The position numbers and the translations under genes are program-made. Source: Lama glama (taxonomy: Eukaryota). From it: DNA of 64,000 nucleotides. Location: positions 11,594,001 through 11,658,000 of the forward strand of contig CM052843.1 in NCBI GenBank assembly GCA_028534125.1, given 5' to 3'. This document shows positions 38,005 to 47,115 of the stretch, piece after piece. How positions within the stretch are numbered: the first letter of the stretch is position 1; the number at the start of each line of letters is the position of its first letter. The notes beneath the pieces are model-generated. The model was not told the DNA's origin. It saw nothing but the letters and a program-made list of their open reading frames with translations, and did no database searches.

Positions 38005-38405
38005 CAGTCGATGAAACTCTTCTGAGGAAGGTTATGAGCAATTTCTGCTTGCCAAATCAAGTAGAAACTGTGTAATTTTCACTACTGAGCATTGAATGGT
38101 GTCTCCCCTCTCCATGGAACTCTCCATCTCAGATTCTATAGTACTTGTCTTTGCTTGTCTTCTTCCTGCCTCTTAGGTAATTTCTTCTCATTCTCTTTGG
38201 CTAGTTCCTTTTCTACATAATTTTTTAAAGTAGGAGTTCCTTTGGGTTTAATTCCAGCTCCCAGCTCTCTGTTATCTCTTCTCCCTAAGATATCTTAACC
38301 AGTTCTATGGATTTAAATACTATTTTCAGGTTAGTGACTCCAAATTTAGTATCTTTACTCCTCTCTCAAATTTGAGCCATGTACATTCAACTACGTATGA
38401 GATTA
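38005..38405 (+). mobile_element. L2 ORF2 (RT region) fragment
   Basis: ttctcattctctttggctagttcc...gtaggagttcctttggg...ctccctaagatatcttaaccagttctatggatttaaatactattttcaggttagtgactccaaattt (decayed GVPQGS...YADD region). Confidence 0.7.
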
Positions 38406-38469
38406 ATTTTTCTTCTAGGTCTGTCTCTGTGCAAGAATATTACTCTTTGGCAGTTACTGTTTTATGATA

Positions 38470-38920
38470 GTTGCATATAGTGTTTGTCTTCCTCTGTCTG
38501 ACTTATTTTACCAAGTCCATCTATACCCTCCAAGTACATCTGTGTTGCTGCAAATGGCAAAATTGCATTCTTTCTTATGACTGAGTAGTATTCCATTGTA
38601 TATATACACTACATTTTTATCCAGTCATCTGTTGGTGGACACTTAAGTTGTTTCCATATCTTGGCAGTTTTAAGTAATGCTGCTTGAACACTGGTGCAAC
38701 GAGCTCATAGCTCTTTTAATTTGTGTTTTTAGGCCCCCCCCCCAGATATATACTCAACAGTGGAATTGCTGGGTCATATGGTAGTTCTATTTTTAGTTTT
38801 TTTGGAGGAACTTTTATACTGTTTTCCAGTTTACATTCCCAGCAACAGTGTACAAGGGTTCCCTTTTCTTCTCATCTTTGCCAACATTTATTTGTGGTCT
38901 TTTTGATGATAGAAATTCTG
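38470..38920 (-). mobile_element. Relatively young L1 (artiodactyl/L1MA-type) ORF2-end fragment, truncated by gap
   Basis: tgttgctgcaaatggcaaaattgcattctttcttatgactgagtagtattccattgtatatatacactacatt...ggaattgctgggtcatatggtagttctatttttag...acattcccagcaacagtgtacaagggttccc. Confidence 0.85.
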
Positions 38921-39073
38921 NNNNNNNNNNNNNNNNNNNNNNNNNNNNNNNNNNNNNNNNNNNNNNNNNNNNNNNNNNNNNNNNNNNNNNNNNNNNNNNN
39001 NNNNNNNNNNNNNNNNNNNNNNNNNNNNNNNNNNNNNNNNNNNNNNNNNNNNNNNNNNNNNNNNNNNNNNNNN
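38921..39073. other. Assembly gap (N run)
   Basis: 153 Ns. Confidence 1.
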
Positions 39074-40464
39074 CTCCTCTTATTTAACTTATGATTAATT
39101 GTACTTTTTGAAGCATTTTATTAATTTGAATTAAAATAACAAAAGGACACCTTAAGATTGACTTTCAATTAAATTTAAGCACCAGTTTTAGAAAACTGAA
39201 GGTTTCTCTGAGTGAGTTAAGTTATAGCTTTATCTATGATAGGCAGAAAGAATAGTTGGAAGAATAATTAGAAGGTTAATTAATTAATGTTTATACATAA
39301 GTTTTAAGAGCTAAATATTATTTTAAGGGGGTCTTGATAGGATACCACTGACCTCTTGAAAAAAACTAGAAAATGAAAATTGCTTCTTAAAGAGTTGGGG
39401 GTTAATGTCTTCACTGGAGGTAGAACCCTTTAAACAAAGAAAGAAAACATGAGCTTGTCTGAAGTATACATGCAAATTAATCAGTTAGCTTATAAATTAT
39501 TCTTCTGTAGTCTAGATCTTATTTTTAGCACTGTTAACTTAATAACTGGGAAATAATTTTTCCTTGCATATGGAGTGCACATTATTAAGACTTTTGCAAC
39601 GCAGCAACTTCGGGATTTTAATATTTTATTAAAATATGAAAATATATTTTAGGGCATTTTTATATTATGTAAAATATGTAATATGTATCAAAGAAAAATA
39701 CAATGTCCTGTTCAATAATCTGGAGTAGTTCTTAAAGTTAAGCCTTGAAAGTATGACTTTCCTCTTGCTGTGATATGATTTGAAACATTCTAAGTTAAAG
39801 GTGCATTTTAGGTTCAGTTGTTTGGGAGTTTTTGTGCTTTTAAGCAAAAAGTGGAAAAATTAATTGCTGTATTAATCATGCGTTATGGGTCCATGCGTTC
39901 TGGTGGGTGTCTGTTCAGATGTGCTGGGCTAGAACTGTTGAGAAATACTCTGAGTAGCACTTCTAGAGTTTCCTTCCTTTCCCCATATGTTCTCTGCATT
40001 TCTATCAACCTGTCTGACTGGCTTGATGACTGGACTGGTGCTGGCTAAGTAACAAGACCAGTAACAGGACCTCTGTTGGGACATGATGTATGGTGGTTGT
40101 GCGGTTCCCTCTGGTTAGTCATCTTGTGCCAACAACATGTGCCATGTACGCTGCTCTCCATCAAAAATCGAGGTAGTTGTTACAGTTGGGAAATGTATTT
40201 TCATTCTCATACTAACACTGATGTATTGGCTGATGGATTCCTTTAATTGGTGGCAACTTTGAGAAGGTTGGGAGGCTCCCTTTCAGTCAGGGAACAGTGA
40301 CATCAGGATTTATTAGCAATGCCAGCTGGGGTGGATGACGTGGGGGATACGCTGCTCTTGGTTGTACCATACCCGAAACTCAAGAAAGCAGTTTCCAAGC
40401 TGGTCACATATTTTACAGTCTTTTTCAAATCAAGCTGGCAAAAATGATAGCATTGTCAAAACTT

Positions 40465-40735
40465 CTGTAGCAGCCTACTGGGTCAGAGCATGCTTGGACT
40501 CAGCCATCAGACTCTGGGTTTGAATTCAGGCTTTGCTGGCACATCAGCTCTGTGGCCTTGAACGAAGTGCTTCGCTTCTCAGTGAAGTTTCTGAATCTCC
40601 AAAATAGTGGTGATAGTTGCAGTGCCTCCCTCATAGGGTTGTTAGGAAGATTAAATTAGGTAACGCGTATAAAACCCTCTGCCCAGGGCTCGCACAGAAT
40701 TCACATTCAGTGAATGCTGGTTGTTGGTGGTGGTG
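40465..40735 (+). mobile_element. Near full-length MIR SINE
   Basis: tcagactctgggtttgaattcaggctttgc...tgtggccttgaac...cctccctcatagggttgttaggaagattaaattaggtaacgcgtataaa. Confidence 0.85.
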
Positions 40736-41224
40736 GGAGTGTTAAAACAAAAGAGCAAAATGTGGCCCCTCCCTCGCTGGTAGTCACAGAGTGCTCTTGT
40801 AGCTAGTGTCACAGCTGCCACTTCATTTTCTTCCCAGCTTACTTGCTTCCTCTGGCTCTGTTCCTAACTATTCATTTAAAAAATAATTTTAAAAAACCAA
40901 TAAAACAAAATATGGAGCATATCTCCTCCTAACCCTCCCCTGCCTTTAGAAAAATCATCAATCTATAGCTTTAATGTGGCCGGTAATCTTTTTATGTGTG
41001 ATGTAGGCTTAGTACTGATTTTTTAAAAAATTTTTTGCCTCAAAGTAATGATGTGTTGCTTCTGCTTACTGATCCTCTGCTTGGAAAATGTTCACCTCAC
41101 CTTTTGCTCCTAGAACTACTTTTAATCCTTGGATCCCTTTACTCACACTGTAACCTTAGCTATCACATGGGAAGAGAGAGCAGGGGCACAGGGGTACCTT
41201 TTAAAAAAAATCATTTAAAATTTT

Positions 41225-42775
41225 TTTTGGCTTTAAAAAAATTGAGGTATAATTTGCTTACCATAAAACATCCATTTTCAGTGTATTAAAAGAAGACTTT
41301 TAGTAAATTTATACAGCTTTGTGTCTCGTTTCTTTTTTCATTTTATGTATCTTTTTTATTCAAGTATAGTTGGTTTACAATGTTGTTGTCTCATTTCTTA
41401 CGCATTTTTCTTTAGCGTCACTGCAATCCAGTTTTAGAACAATTCTGTCAGCCCCATCATGTCCATTTTCAGTCAGTCTCCGCTTGCATTCCCTGACCCA
41501 GGTCTACCTCTGATCTGTTTTCTGCCTCTGTAGTTTTACTTTTTCTAGAAATTTCAAATAAACGGAGTCATACAATATTCTGTCTTTGTGTTTGGCTTCT
41601 TTCATTTAGTTCAGTGCCTTTGAAGTTCGTTCATGCTGTTGCGTTATGTCAGTGATCCGTCCCTTTTTTATTGTTGGGTGATATTACATTGTATGACTGT
41701 ACCACATTCTGAAAACTCCACTTTCCAACTGATAAACTTTTGAACTGTTTCCAGGTTTTGGATGTTCTGAGCCTAACTGCTAGGTCCGTTCACGTATAAC
41801 TCTGTGTATGGTCGTCTGTCTTCAAGAGAAATGAAGACACACTTTGGTGTGAAAGTGTTGGGTTATATGATGAGAAACTTATCAGCCGTTCCCAAAACGG
41901 CTGTACCATCGTGCTTTCCCACCAGCAAGGGACGCGATGCGAGGATTCTAGTTTCTCCACGTTCTTGTCCACACTTTAGATACTTGGCTGGATAGGCTGC
42001 AGTATTTCGTGTTGGTTTCAACTTCCATTTTCCTAATGACTAATGGCGTTCAGTACTTTTCTGTGTAGATTCCCCAGGATGGATATAAAATGTCTTCAGA
42101 TAGTTCACTCATTTAAAAAAGTTGAATTGTTTGCTTTATTATTGTAAAAAGAGTCCTTTAGATATTCTATAGCCGTCCTCTATTAGACAATTACTTTGCT
42201 CTTTATATATTCTAAATACATGTACTTTATCAGATAATTATTTTGCCAATATTTTCTTTCAACCTGTGGCTTTTGTTTTCATTTTTTAAATTATGTCTTT
42301 TGAAGAGCAGAAGCTTTAATTTTAAAATATTTCAGTTTCTTTTTTTTCTTTTTATGGTCTTTTTAAGTCTTTTTTCTTTTATACATTTGGTGTCATACCT
42401 AAAAAAAATTTTTTTGCCTAATCCACAGTAATTTTCTTCAAGTGCTTTCTTTTACAAGGTTTGTAGTTTCAGTTCTTAATTTTAGATCTATGATCTTACC
42501 ATTTTGAGTCAAGTTTTGTACATAGTACAAGGTAAAGGCTAAGGTTCTTTCCCCCCTCCATATGTATAACCAGTCTTTGGTACCACTTTTTGAAAAGACT
42601 GCCCTTTCCTCATTGAATTACCTCGCCACCTTGGTTGAATATGAATTGATATAACTACGTGGGCCTGGTTTTGGACTCTGTTTTCTTCTGTTGTTTATCC
42701 CTATGCCAATAACCCACTGTTTTATTGTAACTTTATAGTAAGATTTTGAAATCAGGTACTATGTTTCAACTTTTG
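41225..42775 (-). mobile_element. L1MB/L1MC-type 3' region (~1.5 kb)
   Basis: Begins aattgaggtataatttgcttaccataaaa (L1 3' end) and continues through antisense ORF2 (tttcccaccagcaa, ttttgaagagcagaagctttaatttt, ctttatagtaagattttgaaatcagg). Confidence 0.85.
41335..41386 (-). mobile_element. Ultra-short L1 tail insertion (~50 bp) nested in older L1
   Basis: ttttttattcaagtatagttggtttacaatgttgt (artiodactyl L1 extreme 3' end) lies between near-identical TSDs tgtctcgtttctt (41322-41334) and tgtctcatttctt (41387-41399). Confidence 0.75.
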
Positions 42776-42944
42776 ATGTAATCTTAAAGTTAGCCCCCTG
42801 TTCAGAAATTTTCCATCAGTCTCTCTGGGCGGTAATGTGCAGATAGTTAAAGCTATTAAGACATCTGGGGGAGAATCAGTTCTGCTTGGGGATTGATTGG
42901 GTTACCTGTCACAGCTAGCAGCATTTCCCAGCATCATACTTGGC

Positions 42945-43160
42945 ATAATTGTGTATAATACCTACTATGTACCAGGTGCTTTCTGTTACTATCTCATTTA
43001 ATACTTCCAAGGTACTGCAGAGAGGACGGTGGTATCCTGATTTTATAGCTGAGTCCACAATAGTCACTAAGCGGCTGCTAGGGATTTAGTAATATTTACA
43101 CGATAAGGCTGGTTTTTGAAACCTCTCTTAACCCTAGCTTCTTTCCACTGCTCTGTGCAG
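42945..43160 (-). mobile_element. MIR SINE
   Basis: acctactatgtaccaggtgc...tatctcatttaatactt...atcctgattttatagctgag. Confidence 0.65.
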
Positions 43161-43421
43161 CCTGGCCTCCTCATAGTGACCTATTCCTTTGTGGAGAGGA
43201 GGTTTATATTTTTAGTTTATATAGTGGCAACAGTAGTGGTGGTCAGAGAGAAAAGGGTAACATATATCCCTTTGCCTTTTCTTGCAAGGTTCCTGCCTTT
43301 CCTTCTGTCACTCTGCCCTGGGCCTGGCAGAATGACAAAAGGAAAGACATTTCCTCCTCCTTCCCTTGAAACTTCTGAAGTAGCCTCATGAAAACTATCA
43401 GGACTGGTAGAAGAGCAGTGG

Positions 43422-43497
43422 CACTGAACCGCTGTGCTGTACACCTGAAACTAACATTCTAAATCAACTACGCTTCAATCAAAAAATAAAACAAAAA
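43422..43497 (+). mobile_element. Short artiodactyl-type L1 3' end with TSD
   Basis: actgaaccgctgtgctgtacacctgaaactaacattctaaatcaactacgcttcaat plus an A tail. TSD aagagcagtgg (43411-43421) / aagagtagtgg (43498-43508). Confidence 0.85.
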
Positions 43498-44939
43498 AAG
43501 AGTAGTGGGATATTGATTTATTATAGGGTTATCATTGCCCGTACTATTGCTTTAAATAGCCATTATCTTACCTTAGTGGCTTCTAAAACATTTTGTAATT
43601 CTATAAGTATTTTACTTAATTCTTGTTTAAAATGTTACACCAAGATATTACACTATACCATGGAAATTATTCACATCTTCTGTCTTCATGTCCTTATACG
43701 TCTGTCTTTAGCTTAGATTCATTAACACTTTCCCCTCATATTATATTAGCATATTAATAAAAAAAACTTTCCAAGTGGTATAGATCAAGCAGTAATTGTT
43801 TAATATCATCATTCCTACTAACATCACCAGTTTTAGCTCTTAACTGTTGCCGAGTGTGATGTCCTTGAGCAGATGAGTTGTTGGTATGGAATCAGAATGG
43901 GCTTAATTTGGCTGGCACAACGAGTACCTTTACCCCAGCAGTGTGGGGAGGATTGATGGCTCCCATTACGTAACAGTTTACTGCACTCTGCTCACGGACT
44001 GCTACTTGAGGAGAATCCATTCATTTTATTTACTGTGATAACTTCTTATTTGCATACAGATTTCCTTTTGTTTTTCGTGAATCATCTCTGCGTAATACTC
44101 TAGCTACATTTCATTACATATGATGATGATCTCCAGACTGATAAAGTCGTGGTAAAAATCAAAATGAATTTTTTTACCGTTTCTTTCCCCTTTAGACCTC
44201 TCAGATTATGAAATCAGATTTTTCTAGTGTCCTAGGAAAATGAGCTTTTTTCTACTGTTAGGTTCTATTTATTATTCTAAAGAGTAAAGGACTCTTAAGA
44301 GACTTAATACTATTTTAAGTTTGATAATGGATCAAAGTGTGAATTATTACTGATTATTGTCACCTGAAGGAAAAAAACAGTAACTCAGTTATAAAAACAT
44401 TCCTTGAAGCTGATTAAATTTAGTAGTATATAATATTTAAAATAAAGACATACTACTACCACTAGCAGTCAGACAGTTTTTCTTGAGTCCATAATATACA
44501 CAAGAGTGGTAAACATTAATACATATAAAATACTATAAGCACATATTTTTTGTATTCATATTCCTCACTGTGCATCTTGGAAACTTCTTTGGTGTAGTGG
44601 AATTGTTTCTTGTGTGGATCAGAGAAAATACGACAGGGTCCTTCAAAGCCATGCTTTTTGCTCTCAGAGATACACACCCAGAAGACACGTGGTGAGCAGT
44701 TGCCCTCATTATTGGAAATGTTCAGTTCTTCCTCGTCTTTTCCCACACTTACTCTTGCAAATTGTCATAGATAGCATCATTTTTACATCATCTTACCCAG
44801 GACCTTTTTTTGAGACAAATTATTCACTTTTGAATGTTTCCTTAAACAATTATGACATAGATGTTTATTTCAATAATTTCAAGCGTCCCTATTCCATATA
44901 GGCAAACTGTAAATCGCAGCAGGCTAAGGTCAGTTTGTG

Positions 44940-45130
44940 AGTTTATTCATTCATTCATTCTGGAAACATTTACTGCGTACTGTATGACTGCGTGCTGGGC
45001 GCTGGGCTAGCCCTAGGAGTGAGTGTGGTGTGGAAATGGGTGCCTCAGGCCGCCTCTACTTTTTTTCCGCCTTTAGTGCTAGTGACTAGACAAGCAATTA
45101 CCAGAAAGCGTAGTTAAGTATTATAGTGGG
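44940..45130 (-). mobile_element. L2 3'-end fragment
   Basis: ttattcattcattcattctggaaacatttactgcgtactgtatg...gtgctgggcgctggg. Confidence 0.7.
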
Positions 45131-45377
45131 AACTCAAAATGAGGGTAGACACTTCGTAATTCACACTGAAATGTGGCCTTACATATTTTACATTCGCTTG
45201 TACAAAGACAAGTACATTACTTACCTCCTTCTTGACTTACCATGCAATTTAATGGAGACTTGTTATTAATGAGTATTTCTTGTATATTGGTTGTAAAAAA
45301 AAACACATCTACTCTAGTGAGTGTAACAGGATTCAGCATTTTTAAAATTCATATTTGTTCATTTCTTTACATTGCAG

Positions 45378-45434
45378 ATTTCTCTTGGATTTGGCCACAA
45401 ATTTATAGATCTTCTGCACTGTGTACAGGCACAG
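45378..45434 (+). other. NCOA2: NCOA2 exon 2 (non-coding 5'-UTR exon, 57 nt)
   Basis: ATTTCTCTTGGATTTGGCCACAAATTTATAGATCTTCTGCACTGTGTACAGGCACAG is flanked by a pyrimidine-rich acceptor (ttcatttctttacattgcag) and a consensus donor (CAG|gtgagt). It matches, with about 4 substitutions, the human TIF2/NCOA2 5'-UTR segment as I recall it (atttctcttggatttggctacacacttatagatcttctgcactgtttacaggcacag), which precedes the ATG-containing exon. Recalled match, not BLASTed. Confidence 0.9.
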
Positions 45435-45849
45435 GTGAGTTAAAAGTAAGCTTTTCTATTGGTGTGTTTTGGTTTTTAAGTAAATTCATTTAAAATTACT
45501 CTGTTTATAATTTAGCAAAATAACATATAAGTAAAATGAATGTAAATAAAACCCCAAAATGTTGAATATTTGTGTTGGTTTCATTATGAAAATTCTCTGT
45601 GAATGTGTTGGAAATAATATTTGAAGGTAAAATGAGCGTATGACCGTATCTGTTTATCAGTGTCTATTTGAGAAGAGTTTACATTTACCAGTTGGATGAG
45701 GGGAACTGTAATTTCATAGCTTGGCAAAGTGTTTACATTTATTTTTATATGTAAATAAAAAAGAATAGGCTGCTAGATTTTGGCAGCAAATTTCAGTCTT
45801 ACAGGGGCAGATTTAATGAGCAAGCTTTTCTTGTCCAACCAGTCTGAAA

Positions 45850-46055
45850 TAGCTTCTCAGTCACTCCTTATCACACAGCCCTGCTGTACTTTTATCATAA
45901 TGTTTGGATCATGTGATATATTCTTGTTTATAGTCTCCCCTACTAGAATATAAGCTCCATGAATGTTGGGGCCATTTTTGTCTTGTTAAAAACAGTATTT
46001 CTAACCCTTAGGATGTGCTTATTACATAGGTAAGACTGAGTACATCTTTGTTACA
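45850..46055 (+). mobile_element. L2a-like 3' end
   Basis: tgtttatagtctcccctactagaatataagctccatgaatgttgggg...tttgtcttgtt...gtatttcta...acatagg. Confidence 0.8.
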
Positions 46056-46929
46056 GTAATTATTGGGTAGTAAATATTATGAATTTATTTATATTCACAG
46101 CCATTGAACTCTGCATCTGTTAATACAAACTAGAAATAGCTCCTTATACTTATTTCTAAATATGCTATTAATTTATATCAGATACTTAAAGTATATAACT
46201 CTTAAGTGTTCAGAGGAATTACCTGTGTTACATATTTTATGTACTCAAGTGTGCTTAATCAGGGTAGAATTCAGAGGATAATGCTTCCAATTCTGTATTT
46301 ACTTTGTCACTACGCTAGAAGGGTCTTAGAATCCAGTGATGGGTAAACTTGAAGCAAGTGTGGGAGCTTCTCCCCTCCTTACTCCATCCTGCTACCGTGC
46401 TGGATATGTTTTGTGATACCCTTAAGGAGAGCAAAGTAGATTTGAAGGTAGTTGTCCAATTTTAACCTCTGAAAACCAAATAACTTAAAAATTTCCCACT
46501 ACCTTTCATTGCATAAAAATGTAATTTATTTAACTTCGTTTCCTCTTTGTAGATTGGGGAAAATTTGGGGTCATTTTTCTGCCCTCCATATTGATGTGTG
46601 GATTCATTATCAAAGATAGCTGCATGCATAAGCTGACCACCTGTTTCCTTGTGTTCTTGGCAGTTTTTAAGTGTTCCAAGGTGTGAATTGCTGCTGTTGG
46701 GTTCTTGTCTCTTGTTTTCTTGTGAGTTTTGTTTTTTGGTCTATTTCACCTTCTTCAGGCATTAATCTCTCCTGCCATCATGATTTTTCATTTAGAGAAA
46801 GAACCGAGTCTGACCTTTAGGTTTTTGGGTTTGTTTTTTTTTTAAGTGAAATTTTAGGAATTTGCACAGCCATTTCTTAATTCATATCTAATTTACAAGT
46901 GCAGAAATTCCTTTGACAACCCTAATTAC

Positions 46930-47115
46930 AGCAGCTGTTACTTACGGCTCCCTTACCGTGTGCCAGGCATTATATAAGAGCTTTTGGTTATCTTCAGAAT
47001 AACAGATAAGGAAATTGAAGCTTAGAGAGGTTAAGTGACTTCTCCAAGGTCATATCTAGTAAGTGGCAGTTTTCCACTCCAAAGACTTTGATCTTGACCC
47101 CTGAGTTCCGTTTTC
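46930..47115 (-). mobile_element. MIR SINE
   Basis: acagataaggaaattgaagcttagagaggttaagtgacttctccaaggtcatatctagtaagtggcag. Confidence 0.85.

Larger units (their letters stand above)
1..45377 (+). other. NCOA2: NCOA2 intron 1, 3' part
   Basis: Lies upstream of the exon 2 acceptor. No large CpG island or exon 1 is visible in the window, consistent with the very long first intron of NCOA2. Confidence 0.8.

Noticed and set aside
45242-45493. 83-aa ORF overlapping NCOA2 exon 2
   Set aside because: It runs across both splice sites, and the exon is 5'-UTR in the known NCOA2 structure.
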